Shown here: positions 22,324-32,664 of the stretch, piece after piece
Position numbering within the stretch: position 1 is the stretch's first letter
How the letters are laid out: the number at the start of each line of letters is the position of its first letter
Assembly (NCBI GenBank): GCA_965240325.2
Contig: OZ251241.1
Coordinates: 806,001 to 870,000, forward strand
Direction of reading: 5' to 3'
Source: Rebecca billardiae RCC1528
Lineage: Eukaryota > Protista > Haptophyta
Length of the DNA: 64,000 bases
Made by a program: the position numbers and the translations under genes
Notes under the pieces: generated by a model
Databases searched by the model: none
Told to the model about the DNA's origin: nothing
Seen by the model: only the letters and a program-made list of their open reading frames with translations

Positions 22324-23379
22324 TCAGAACTTGAGCGCATGGTACACCTTTCCCTCCACCTCGAGCCGCTCGACGGGGCGGCCGAACACAGGCACGGCCG
22401 GCCAGGGCGAGGTCAGCGTCCGCCCTCGCCGCTTCACGGCCGGCGGCAACGCCTGCACAGGCGGAAGCAGCGTGGGCATCCCGTAGCAGAGCGATGGCAG
22501 CATGTACGCGACGTCGCTGGAGGCGTGCCCGCGGTCCTCCCGGCAGATACGCGTCCACTCGCGCTGCGAGACGCGCCCGTCCCACGCGTACGGCGTGCCG
22601 ATGTGCTCGGGCCGCAGCAGGCTCAGGCTGAAGCCGCGCTCGCGCTGCAGCACGATCGAGATGACGAACTGCTCCGACCACGCCGACACGCCGTCGACGC
22701 GCGAGAGCCGGTCGAGCTCGCGCACGAGCGAGCACGAGAGGCGCATGACGTGCTCGCTCGTCTTGTACCGGCAGTGCGACGGCACCGCGCGGCCGTACGC
22801 CGGCGTGACGGTGTCATGCCAAAACCAGCCCGAGCCGGGCCGGACGACGACCCCGCACTTCACCTGCGCCGGGTGGAACGCGCTGGACGGCGCCGCCGTG
22901 TTTGTGACCAGGTCGGCACGGTCGTGCGCGTACGCGCGCAGGAAGGCGGCCAGGTCCCCGCTGAAGCCGATGTCGTCCTCGCACACCCACACGCTCGAGA
23001 ACCGGAAGCCGATTGCGTGCGCCCACATGCAGATGCACTCGGCGTGGAAGCCCCACGCGAGGCTGGTGCCTGCCTCGCGCCGGCCGTTGAAGACGCGGCG
23101 GGCAGCCTGGCCGCCGGGGAAGGCGAGCGGGTCGATGAAGTGCTGCATCGATGCGTAGTACTGCTCCACCATTTGCGCCTCGGTCAGCGTGTGCAGCCGC
23201 GACGGGGGGATTTGTCGCCCCAGCGCCGCGGCCGCCGCGACTCCCGTGGGCGTCGTCACGTCGACGCTGACGTACAGCTCAAACTCTGTGCCCGACAGCG
23301 CGCGCATCCAGCCGGCGATGCGCTCGACCTGCGCGGCTGTCGGGTTGTGCGAGCGCACGAGCACGCACGTCGGACCCAT
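22324..23379 (-). CDS. Putative GT-A-like glycosyltransferase / hypothetical protein
   Basis: 351-aa ORF with VWVCEDDIGFSGD acidic motif after a beta-strand and C-terminal YHALK; family call tentative. Confidence 0.6.
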   Translation of the reverse strand: MGPTCVLVRSHNPTAAQVERIAGWMRALSGTEFELYVSVDVTTPTGVAAAAALGRQIPPSRLHTLTEAQMVEQYYASMQHFIDPLAFPGGQAARRVFNGRREAGTSLAWGFHAECICMWAHAIGFRFSSVWVCEDDIGFSGDLAAFLRAYAHDRADLVTNTAAPSSAFHPAQVKCGVVVRPGSGWFWHDTVTPAYGRAVPSHCRYKTSEHVMRLSCSLVRELDRLSRVDGVSAWSEQFVISIVLQRERGFSLSLLRPEHIGTPYAWDGRVSQREWTRICREDRGHASSDVAYMLPSLCYGMPTLLPPVQALPPAVKRRGRTLTSPWPAVPVFGRPVERLEVEGKVYHALKF

Positions 23380-23661
23380 CGGCCCTGGCGCTCCGGCGCC
23401 GGCTGCCGCGGGCGCCCCGCTCGTCGCGCCCTAAAGACCCGCCCAAGCGCTGTCGTCACTGTTTCGACTGACGTAAGTGCTTCGTCAGCCAAGGCTCCGT
23501 ATTACGACTGGCATTCGCCCAGTATTCATACGGGTATGTATGAGTAGGCTCATCATGATTATGATAAGGCGACCAAAATCTTCAGCTGCGCGCGGCAATT
23601 ACTGATCAAGAACGGGGCAGGTAGGGTGCAGCACTCCCCCCGTGGCCTGGCAGGGGCGGCC

Positions 23662-24516
23662 ATGATCACCGCCACATTCGGGCGGCGCGCGTGCGCGCAG
23701 ATCCATGCGCACGCGCTGTCGCGAGGGATGTGTCAGGCGGCGGCAGCATCGCCCTCCTTATCTTCAACCTCGGTCACGCGCCACGTCGCCACCCGCATCC
23801 CCACCGCGCATGGCATGTTCCACGTGGTCGCGTACACGTGGTCGGGCGATCCGGTGCAGAAGGAGCACCTGGCGCTGGTGCACGGCGAGCTAGAGGCGCT
23901 TCGCGAGCCGGAGCAGGCCGTGCTCTGCCGCGTACACTCCGAATGCCTCACCGGCGAGGTGCTTGGCTCGCGGCTGTGCGACTGCGGCGAGCAGCTCGAC
24001 CGCGCCATGGCGCACATTGCCGAGGCGGGGCTTGGGGTCGTGCTCTACCTGCGGCAGGAGGGGCGCGGGATCGGCCTGCTGGAGAAGCTGCGCGCGTACA
24101 ACCTCCAGCGGCAGGGACACGACACCGTCGAGGCCAACCGCATGCTCGGCTTCGCCGACGACGAGCGCGACTTCACCGTCGCCGGGCAGATGCTCGACGA
24201 CCTCGGCGTGCGCGCCGTGAAGCTGATTACCAACAACCCGCTCAAGCTCGAGGCGCTGAAGGAGTGCGGTATCGACGTGGCGGAGCGCGTGCCGCTGCTG
24301 CCTCGGGACGTGTCCGAGCACAACGTGGCGTACCTGAACACCAAGGCGGAGCGCATGGGACACCTCTTCGTGCCCCAACAGCACCAGCCGGGCGACGTTC
24401 GGAACGGCGCAGAGCCGACGCCAGCCACGCTGACGCCGACGGACGCCGGGCTGAAGTCGCGCCCGTCGTCAGCCCCACGGCTCAGGCCGTTCAGGCCAAA
24501 TCCGGTTGCGCTCTGA
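23662..24516 (+). CDS. ribA: Monofunctional GTP cyclohydrolase II with organellar presequence
   Basis: RVHSECLTGEVLGSRLCDCGEQL, YLRQEGRGIGL, DTVEAN, DERDF, LITNNP, YLNTKAERMGH. Confidence 0.95.
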   Translation: MITATFGRRACAQIHAHALSRGMCQAAAASPSLSSTSVTRHVATRIPTAHGMFHVVAYTWSGDPVQKEHLALVHGELEALREPEQAVLCRVHSECLTGEVLGSRLCDCGEQLDRAMAHIAEAGLGVVLYLRQEGRGIGLLEKLRAYNLQRQGHDTVEANRMLGFADDERDFTVAGQMLDDLGVRAVKLITNNPLKLEALKECGIDVAERVPLLPRDVSEHNVAYLNTKAERMGHLFVPQQHQPGDVRNGAEPTPATLTPTDAGLKSRPSSAPRLRPFRPNPVAL

Positions 24517-24980
24517 GCGACGATTCCACGCTCCCTCGAGGCGAGCTGCGGCCGTCGTGGAGCTTGCTCTTCAGATGTCGCCCGGTCTGCCGCCACGGAC
24601 GCACTCGGTCGCCGCAGCAGATGCAGTCTGACAGAGTACAGACCGCACTCGCCGGGTCGCACTCACAGCGGCACAAGGGACCGCGCGATTGCACACGCGC
24701 GCACACTATGGCAGACGGCATGCCAGTCTTGAGCGCCGCTGCCGCTGCCCAAGCATTGCGAATGCGATCCACCATCGGTACCGGCGGCAGTAGACGTAGT
24801 CGTCGTCGTAGTATTCATCGGCTTGATGAACACGAAATGCTCCGCCGACCGCCGTGCACTCAAAAAGCGCTCCAAACTAAAATCTCGTGGCGTCTCGTCG
24901 TCGTGGCTTGGTCGTGGCAACTTGGTCGTGGTGTCGACCTCGACCTGGTGGGCAGGCCGAGCAACCAAGGAATGAAAGGC

Positions 24981-27215
24981 ATGGCGAAGGGCGCGCAACG
25001 AAAGTACACCGCAGTCGACGCGCCCTCGTCCGCGTCGGTGGCCGTGCCGGCGTGCGGCGGCGCCCGGCTTAAGCGCGCCGTCGCGGCATCCAACCTCGCG
25101 TGGACGACATTCTGCCTGGGCGCGTTCGTGGCCGCTTTCGCGGCGGGCGAGCTGCGCGCGCTGCACCAGCTCGTGCCGGGCGCCGGCGGCCCGTGGCTCC
25201 GCTTCGCCCACATGTCGTTCTGCGTGTGGAGCCTCTTCTCCTTCTCCGAGCTCATCCCGATCTGCGCGGCGATGGACGGCGGCACGCGGCTGGGCGCGGG
25301 CTTTCACACGGTGCACCACGTGCTGCGCGCGGTCGCGCTGTGGACGCTCGCGCGTGCCGAGTACTGCTCGGTGCAGGCCGAGCTTTCGTGCGCCGCGTTC
25401 TGCGTGCACCAGTGCGGCATGAAGCTCACCTACGACCTCGCGCTGCTGCCCCGCCACGTGCTGTGGCAGAACTGCCTGTACCTCCTCTACGGCTCGCTCG
25501 CGCCGCACCGCTCGGTGTGCTATTTGTGGGGGTACTTGCACGGGCCGCTGGGGCTGGCGATCGTGCCGCTGCTCGCGATGGAGGCGATCGTCTGCTTCGG
25601 CTTCCTCACGGGCTACCCCGCCTTCGTGCGCGAGCAGCTGCTCCCCTTCCTGCGCGGGCGGCGGCCGGGGCTGCCCGTCGCGCGCGCCCCGGCGCCGCCG
25701 GCCGACATCGAGGCTGTCGCCATCGTGGCCGCGGCCGAGCACGGCGGCTCGAGCGTGGCGTCGGCGGCGGCGCTCGAGTACGAGGGGAGCAGCAGCAGCG
25801 ACGACGGCGCCGCCGCGAGCGCCGCCGCGAGCGCCCTGACCCTGCTCTTCGGCACCGCGCTCGAGCAGCCGACCGGCGGGACAATCTACCAGCACCAGCT
25901 GTGCGACGCGCTCGCGCAGAGCGGTGCGGAGCCGGGCGGCGCGGGTGCGGGCGGGGCGGGCGCGGGCGCGCGGCCGAGTGTCGAGCGCGTGGAGGCGAAC
26001 TCGGTGGACAAGGCGGAGGCGGCCGTGCGCGCGTGGCGCGACGCCGCGCCGGCGGAGGGCGCCGAGCGCCGCCACCTGCTCGTCGACGGCATGGCGGCGC
26101 TCCTGGCACACCGAGCACTGCTGCCAGCCGTTGAGCCGCGCGCGGCCGCGCCGACCGCCGAGCGCGTCGCGCCCTCGTCGCCATTCGCGCTCGTCGTGCA
26201 CTGGCCCTTCTCCGCGCCCGAGTACGCAGCCGAGCCGTGGCTGGCCGAGGTGCCGCCGCCGCCGCCATCGCTGCGCGTGCCCGGCAGCGCCCAGGAGCGG
26301 GCCCTCCAGATCCGCGCGCTGGAGTGCGCGCTGCTGCGCCGCGCCAGCGCGGTTGTCTGCAACTCGCCGACGTGCGCGCGCGCCGTCACGGCGCTGCTCG
26401 AGTCGGAGCCGCGCGCCGCGGGCGCGGGCGCGGCTGCGGAGCGCGTGCAGCCGCCGATCGTCGTCGTGAGCCCGCTGCTGCTGCTCCGCCCGCCGCCCGT
26501 CCGGCCGCTCCCGCCGTGGGCCCTTGCACCGTCCGCGCTCGCGCGGCCGCGCGCGCTCAGCGTTGTGACTGTGGGCTCTGTCAGCCCGCGCAAGCGCACG
26601 GCGCTGGTGCTCAAGTGCGCCGCCGCCGCCGCGCGAGAGCGCGGCCGGCCCTTCCACGTGCACGTGGTCGGCGACTGCGGCGCGCACGCGGCGTACGCGC
26701 AGGGCGTGCGCACGCTCGCCCGGCAGCTGTGCCACGAGCTCGGCGCGGCGGGCGGCGCGGGCGGCGGCAGCGCGGCCGATGATCCGCTGCTGAGCGTCAC
26801 CTTCCACGGCCGGCTGGCCGACGAGCAGCTCTGCCACCTGCTCGCGCACGCGGACTGCGCGCTCTCGCTCTCCGCGCACGAGGGCTACGGCATGGCCCCG
26901 ATCGAGGCGGCGCTGGGCGGCGTGCGCGTGCTCGGCACGCGTGTCGGGCATCTCGCAGATGCGCTCGACGGCGCGCCAGGCTGCGCGCTGCTGCCTGCGG
27001 CGGAGTGCGAGGAGCAGGCGACGCTCGCGCTCGTCGAGCTGGCGAGCGAGGCCGACGATGGCGCGGGCGCCGCCGCGGCGATGCGCGCGTGGGCGCTCGC
27101 GCGCCGCACGCCGGGGGGCGAGGTGGCCAACCCGCGCCGCGCGGCTGCGCTCGTGTGGGCCGTGCTGAACCGTCAGACTTCAGAGGCGTCGGCCAGAATT
27201 TCGGCGGCCCTGTGA
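24981..27215 (+). CDS. Multi-TM His-containing membrane domain fused to a GT4 glycosyltransferase (start approximate)
   Basis: Several hydrophobic helices, then PTGGTIY, LLVDGM, VVHWP, VGSVSPRK and GT4 signature HEGYGMAPIEA. Confidence 0.75.
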   Translation: MAKGAQRKYTAVDAPSSASVAVPACGGARLKRAVAASNLAWTTFCLGAFVAAFAAGELRALHQLVPGAGGPWLRFAHMSFCVWSLFSFSELIPICAAMDGGTRLGAGFHTVHHVLRAVALWTLARAEYCSVQAELSCAAFCVHQCGMKLTYDLALLPRHVLWQNCLYLLYGSLAPHRSVCYLWGYLHGPLGLAIVPLLAMEAIVCFGFLTGYPAFVREQLLPFLRGRRPGLPVARAPAPPADIEAVAIVAAAEHGGSSVASAAALEYEGSSSSDDGAAASAAASALTLLFGTALEQPTGGTIYQHQLCDALAQSGAEPGGAGAGGAGAGARPSVERVEANSVDKAEAAVRAWRDAAPAEGAERRHLLVDGMAALLAHRALLPAVEPRAAAPTAERVAPSSPFALVVHWPFSAPEYAAEPWLAEVPPPPPSLRVPGSAQERALQIRALECALLRRASAVVCNSPTCARAVTALLESEPRAAGAGAAAERVQPPIVVVSPLLLLRPPPVRPLPPWALAPSALARPRALSVVTVGSVSPRKRTALVLKCAAAAARERGRPFHVHVVGDCGAHAAYAQGVRTLARQLCHELGAAGGAGGGSAADDPLLSVTFHGRLADEQLCHLLAHADCALSLSAHEGYGMAPIEAALGGVRVLGTRVGHLADALDGAPGCALLPAAECEEQATLALVELASEADDGAGAAAAMRAWALARRTPGGEVANPRRAAALVWAVLNRQTSEASARISAAL

Positions 27216-27419
27216 GTGGCTGAGTACGACGTACCATGTGCCGATGGCAACGGGCATCGTCAGGGCTAGAGCTTATATATCATTAGTAGCACGTAGCTCA
27301 GGGTTGCGCAGCACGTCAGCCTGTGAGGATGCACAGTGACAGTGACCGAGTGCGCCAGGTCCGCTGCAGGCGGCGGGCGGGCGCCCGCGTTGCCCCGGTG
27401 CCCCCATACGCCAAGTGGG

Positions 27420-27725
27420 CCCGCTCAATGAGAGCAGGCGCGCGTGGCCGCGGAGGCCACACGTGCCGAGCTCGCGGCGCATGATGCTGAGCAGGGCCCG
27501 CTCCGCCGCCCGCATACACGTCCACCTGCCTGGCATCTTGGCGAGCGTCATGAGGACGCCGTCCACGGCAGGCGACCACTCGCCGAAGGCGCCGACGACG
27601 AGCGGGGCAATCGGCGGGAAGGTGTTGAGCCGCGCCTCGAAGCCGCCCACCGGTCCGGGCTGCGTGCCGAAGACCTCGCGGTCGAGCTGCTGGAGCTGGC
27701 GCCGGCGCTCGCGCGCTGTAATTGC
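27420..27725 (-). mobile_element. Degenerate 3' fragment of a non-LTR retrotransposon (restriction-like endonuclease C-terminus)
   Basis: QLDREVFGTQPGPVGGFEARLNTFPPIAPLVVGAFGEWS...LRGHA resembles the end of CRE/R2-type ORFs; no start codon; slightly lower GC. Confidence 0.5.
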
Positions 27726-27731
27726 GCCAGC

Positions 27732-28997
27732 TCACCCTTCCACAGAAATGTCCATGCCGGCAGCGCGGAGGCGCCTGACGAGTACCGAACCCAGCGCGGA
27801 TGCTGGCGTGAGGACGCCGCCGGAGCGCACTGGGCACGAGTCACGCTGGAGGGCGAGGCTGAGTGCGCACTCCGTTGCCATCAGAGCTGTGCACTTGTAT
27901 GCCGGATCACCAGCCTTGCCGGAGCGAACGTGAACCTTGACGACGCGCTCAGGTTCACGAGCGCCGTCGCAGCCCTCAGGCACGGCGTACGTGAGCGTCT
28001 CGAAGGCGCCGCTCTCCTGCTCGGCGCGAGAAGGAGTTGCATGCGGTGGTGGGAGGATCTGGAGGCGGGTCCCAATGTAATGGGCTGGAGGGAAGGCGAG
28101 GGCGAGGGCGAGGGCAATCAGGCCGAGGAGGTGCGCCACGCCCCCAGCCGCAGAGGAAACGGACTCCGCCTCCTCGTAGCGCACGGACTCCCCGTAGCGG
28201 TAGGAGAGCAGAGCGTTGCTCTTGCGCACCACTGGGCCATCCACAGGCCCGAGCAGGAAGGGCACGGCCCACGAATGGGCGACCCGGTCGTAGGCGAGCA
28301 GTGAGGAGCCGAAGACACCCTCGTCCGGGCCACGGTGACCCGTACTCGGGTCGAGGGCGTAGGCACCGCGTTCTTCCGCTTCCTTTGCTCCGGGCAGTGC
28401 GTGACCCTTGCCTGACTCCTCGATGGCCTCGCGCAGCATGGTGCTTACGGTGCCCCGCGTGAGCGGCACGCGCATGGCCAATGTCTTGATGCGGTTGCAC
28501 CCCCTTCCGTCTCGTTCACGTACGCGTTCAGCAGCAAGATAGGCACCGATGTCCGCCGGCACGGACCCGAGGCCGCACCCGTGGAGGATGACGGCGCCAC
28601 TCTCAGCAGCCGCTGCATGGTGGAGGTCGTACGAGGACCGATGGAGAGGAAGCTCACCTGACAAGTCCACGTAGTGGACGCCGCGGCGCACGCATGCAGC
28701 AACGATAGGCGGGGCGTTGGACGAGTAGGGATTGCCCGCGAAGTTGAGAATCACCTTGGCCTGGCCAACGACGGAGTCGACCGAGTCGTGGTCGTTCACG
28801 TCGCACACAAGTCGGCCAACGTTGCCGGGCACGCCGGCAGCTGTGGCGAGGTCTTGGAGCCTGGATGTGGAGCGCCCGGCGATAGCCCAGACGAGCGAAT
28901 GGGTTGCGTAGTTCCTGGAGAGGTATTCCGTCGCGAGGGTGCCCGTGATGCCGGTCGCGCCGAGGACAACGACGTCATACATAGGAGCTCCGGCCAT
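27732..28997 (-). CDS. SCCPDH: Saccharopine dehydrogenase-like oxidoreductase
   Basis: YDVVVLGATGITG, WAIAGRS, HYVDLSGE, CGLGSVPADIG, GGVLTPASALG. Confidence 0.9.
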   Translation of the reverse strand: MAGAPMYDVVVLGATGITGTLATEYLSRNYATHSLVWAIAGRSTSRLQDLATAAGVPGNVGRLVCDVNDHDSVDSVVGQAKVILNFAGNPYSSNAPPIVAACVRRGVHYVDLSGELPLHRSSYDLHHAAAAESGAVILHGCGLGSVPADIGAYLAAERVRERDGRGCNRIKTLAMRVPLTRGTVSTMLREAIEESGKGHALPGAKEAEERGAYALDPSTGHRGPDEGVFGSSLLAYDRVAHSWAVPFLLGPVDGPVVRKSNALLSYRYGESVRYEEAESVSSAAGGVAHLLGLIALALALAFPPAHYIGTRLQILPPPHATPSRAEQESGAFETLTYAVPEGCDGAREPERVVKVHVRSGKAGDPAYKCTALMATECALSLALQRDSCPVRSGGVLTPASALGSVLVRRLRAAGMDISVEG

Positions 28998-29075
28998 CGG
29001 TGTCGGCGACTTCCGCTAAGGTACGATCTGATGAGTACTTACCTACGACTAATTCTATCGTCTATGATTTAAACG

Positions 29076-30857
29076 ATGGAGGGTGGGCGCATTCGCGAGA
29101 CGCTCGGCCTCACGAGGTGTGCCGACGCGTCGGACATGACGCTGCGGGTGCTGGCTCAGTCGCTTCGCTTTGACTGGACGACATACCGCGAGCAGATCCT
29201 CGCCGGGCAGCTGCACAGCCTCGGTGCGCACGTGCAGGCACTCCTTCCGGCCGCGCACCAGCTCGCGAGCCACGCTGACGCTTCGGACGTGGCTGAGGCG
29301 CTCGAGGAGCACGTACTCGAGGCGATCAGGGCATGCGGGGAGGTCGCGCCGTGCTCATCCGCCGCTGCGCCCACCGCCGAGCTCTGCGACAGTGTTGCCG
29401 CGCTGGCAGCCGCCATATCCGCGCGGTGCGCGCACGCGGCGTGGGCCAATCAAAGCCTGCGAGCGCGGCTGAGCTGGGCGCAGCGGGCGGCTCTCTGGCG
29501 CGCGTGCCCGGCCACTCTGGAGGACGCGCTCGACTCCATCTGCGCCCGATTCCAGGCGCGCCCGTGCCTCGTCTCCCTGCGAGAGCAGGAGCCGACGGCT
29601 GCGGCTCTGGCGTGCGCGCTCGCCGCGGACAGCGATCTGGCCGGCGCCGCCATCGCTGCGCTGCGGCGCTCGCACTGGCGCGCGAGCGTCAGCGGAGGCG
29701 CGGAGGAGCGGCCGTTGTGCACGCCGTCGGCTGTGCTCGCGTGCATGTCGCTCGTCCACGAAGCCATCGACGTGGGGCCCACGCCGGCTGCACCCGGCGC
29801 CGCGCGGGCAGCGCGCGGCAGCGCGCACGATGGTCGCTGCTGGCCGCGCGCGCGACAGTCGTATGCAGCGGCGAGCTCGGACGACGGCTGGCTGCAGCCG
29901 TTCCTCATGCGGCTGTGGCTCGCGCCGACGGAGGCCGCGCTGGTCGAGCTCGAAGCTGAGCGGCTGCGCGCCCTCGCCACCGCCTGCCTGTCGCGCGCGC
30001 CCACGCGCACGCACACGCTCTGGCTCGCGCTTGCCGCACGCCCGTGTTGGGTGCGCGCCGCGCTGCGCACGCTCGCAGTGCACGGGTGTGCCCATGCGGC
30101 TGACGAGCGCGCGCGCGTGCGGGCGGCGGCGTTGTCGCTCGTCTGCTGGCACGCCCATCCGCGCGCGTGCGACGCCCGCCGCCGCGACGCTCTGGCGGCC
30201 GCGCTCCGATCCCTCGACGCGCGTGCTCGCGCCGTGCCGGCTGGCCCTGCGCCGCCGGGCGCCGCGTGGCGCGCGTCCCGACTCGCCGCACTGATTGCAG
30301 ACGGCACGTGGCATGGCGAGGTGGCTGAGATGGGCGACGCGAGCACGCGAGTGTGCTGCGCGCAGCTCCTGTTCGCGCACGCGGCGTGGGGCCGCGCTGC
30401 CCCGACCGCGGGCGATGGAAGCGCTGCCCGCGCCGCTGGCTGCTGCATCGGCCCGCTGCTGCGCGCCGCTGTCGACGCGCAGCGCGCGAGCACGTGCGCG
30501 CGCGAGGAGTGCGTCGCGGCGGAAGGCGAGCTGCTGCGCGCGCTCTTCGAGATCGCGGAGGAGACGTGTCTCGACGCGCCGGCTGGCGCGCGCGCCGTCG
30601 CGCTCGGCCGCGTGGGCGCGGAGGCGGACGCGCAGCTCAGGCAGGAGCTGCTCACAGAGGCCCGTCTCGCCGCAGATCGCGTGCGCGAGCTTGTCGCCGG
30701 CGAGGCGGGCGCTGAACCTGCTGGCGCTGCGGGCGCGCGCGGAGAGCACGACGCTGCAGGGGCGGCGCCGCGATGCCCGGTGGCGGATGCGCGCAGCAGC
30801 TACAGGCTCATCGACTCGCGGCTCAGCGGAGGCGAGCTGCATGGCGGTAGTACGTAG
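29076..30857 (+). CDS. Hypothetical Ala/Leu-rich alpha-helical protein
   Basis: 593-aa ORF with coding-like codon use, ATG after an AT-rich leader and an AT-richer 3' flank. Confidence 0.6.
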   Translation: MEGGRIRETLGLTRCADASDMTLRVLAQSLRFDWTTYREQILAGQLHSLGAHVQALLPAAHQLASHADASDVAEALEEHVLEAIRACGEVAPCSSAAAPTAELCDSVAALAAAISARCAHAAWANQSLRARLSWAQRAALWRACPATLEDALDSICARFQARPCLVSLREQEPTAAALACALAADSDLAGAAIAALRRSHWRASVSGGAEERPLCTPSAVLACMSLVHEAIDVGPTPAAPGAARAARGSAHDGRCWPRARQSYAAASSDDGWLQPFLMRLWLAPTEAALVELEAERLRALATACLSRAPTRTHTLWLALAARPCWVRAALRTLAVHGCAHAADERARVRAAALSLVCWHAHPRACDARRRDALAAALRSLDARARAVPAGPAPPGAAWRASRLAALIADGTWHGEVAEMGDASTRVCCAQLLFAHAAWGRAAPTAGDGSAARAAGCCIGPLLRAAVDAQRASTCAREECVAAEGELLRALFEIAEETCLDAPAGARAVALGRVGAEADAQLRQELLTEARLAADRVRELVAGEAGAEPAGAAGARGEHDAAGAAPRCPVADARSSYRLIDSRLSGGELHGGST

Positions 30858-31246
30858 TCGTAGCAGCTTATCGTTATAACTTGTATCCGCCGCGCCCGCG
30901 GCGCCGATCCGACGGCGACAGCGGTCAGCGCATGGCCGGCGGCATGCAGCATCATATTATTGTCATCAAGCAAGACAAGGAGTCCCTACTCTCGATCTGC
31001 TGATGCGGCCAGTAGCAGGCAGTGCTCAGACCCCAGTCCGGCAGGCATCACCTGTCGATCGCTCGATGACGATTAAACTAATTCTTCGGACGATATTCGA
31101 CGATTCGATGCCTGCCGGCGGCGGATGAGTTTACGGTAATAAGTGTAACTCGATTCGGTGATGTCGGTCCAGCACATGCCAGAATATGCGCGCCGGCAGA
31201 TCATGCGTCGACGTACCTGGTGAGATATGCGACGCGCGTGCGTCAC

Positions 31247-31818
31247 CTAGTCGCACACATACTCGCCCTTTGTAGCTCGGATGCACTTGGCGTAGCCAAA
31301 GATCTGCGGGGCCAGGGGACGCGGCGCGGCGCGAGGATGGGTGAGCGCGTGAGCGCGTGCGTGCTGCCCGCGCCGGGAAGCACGGCGTGGGGGGGACGTG
31401 GGCGCCGGCAGCGGCGCACATTGCCGAGATTTGGCGAGCCCGAATAGGCCCCGGTGGCTTCCCCGATATTCGCGCCGTAGATGTTGCCAATATCTGGTGA
31501 TCCGGCGATCATGTTGCCTATGTGCGCAGCCTCAATGTTGCCTATGTCTGGAGACGCGACAATCATCGTGGCGACCTGGGCGGCCTCGAGGTTGCCCAGG
31601 GTCGGAGATGCAGTGACGATGTCGCCAACCTGCAGGCCCATCACGTTGAGCAGCGACGGCGAGCCGACAATCATCGTGGCTGTTTGCATGCCGATCACGT
31701 TGGCCAGGCACGGCGAGCCCGCGACCAGCATGCCGGCCTGCAGCCCGATGACGTTCACCGAGAGCGGCGAGCCAGCTGGGAGGGCGGTCATCGCCATGGG
31801 CGAGATGTTGATGGCCAT
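31247..31818 (-). CDS. 151-aa protein of 18-residue tandem repeats (probable beta-solenoid); exons 31818-31420 and 31303-31247
   Basis: Seven SP..GN/NV repeats; removing a GTGCGC...CCGCAG intron continues the repeat register (GN|IFG). Confidence 0.8.
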
Positions 31819-32664
31819 AGCCGCGCAGAGCCGACGCCGAGCTTGCACGGGAACCGCGCTACACTCGGCGACGGGCCTACCCCATCGTCCAGCCCCACCT
31901 CACTTTCTCGGGGGCCGTCGCGGACCGACGCGCTTGCTCAATGCTCACCGACCAGCTTTTCGCAGGCTGTGGACGTGAGAAGTGCATCCGGAAAAAGCGG
32001 TCCGGCTCCATTGCCGTCACGAACCCGAGACGTGGCGTGCAAAAAACTCGGCGCGCGCAGAGCGTGCGCACAGCCTTTCATCAGCGCACGCTCGCGACTC
32101 GAGCTGTGACAATGATGACTGCTGTGATGATGTCGCCCGATGCCCCGAAGCCGAAGGCCGCCTCTAGACGGCACCGCGGCCCGTGCGATGCCGCAGCGGT
32201 GACATCGGTTCTAGGTGGTCGAGCGGCAGTGCTCGTCATTCGAATGTATCATGCACGGGTACAGCCTAGTCGCGACTCAGACTAGTCACTGGATGACTTG
32301 GGGACGCCCGCGTCGCAACCCAATGAGAAGCGCCTCGCCGACAACCCGCTGGCGAGCCCCGGCGCGCGAGTCCGCGCAGCGCCGCAGCACCAGGAGGGCT
32401 CGACTGATCACCCGCGGCCGGCTGGCTGGCCGCCAGTCACTCCGGGGCCGCGCCTCACAATCCCACTGCGCCGGGACGCCGCTCGTGCCGCGAGCGTCCG
32501 CCGGCGAGGCGCCAGGCTGCGCGCTCTCCGCTCGCAAAGGCTGCCGTGCCGTCCTCTTGCTCGCAGCGTCCGGGCGTCTGCAGCACCCGTGAGCCGCGAG
32601 CGCGCCGCCGGTACAAGCGCGGCTCCAGCGCCGCCCGTCCGGGCGTGGGCACACACGGCCGCGC

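Noticed and set aside
23691-24980. N-terminal 430 aa of the 1174-aa ORF as a ribA-GT4 fusion or overlap
   Set aside because: Off-frame to ribA and Arg-rich nonsense; coding character starts only near 24981
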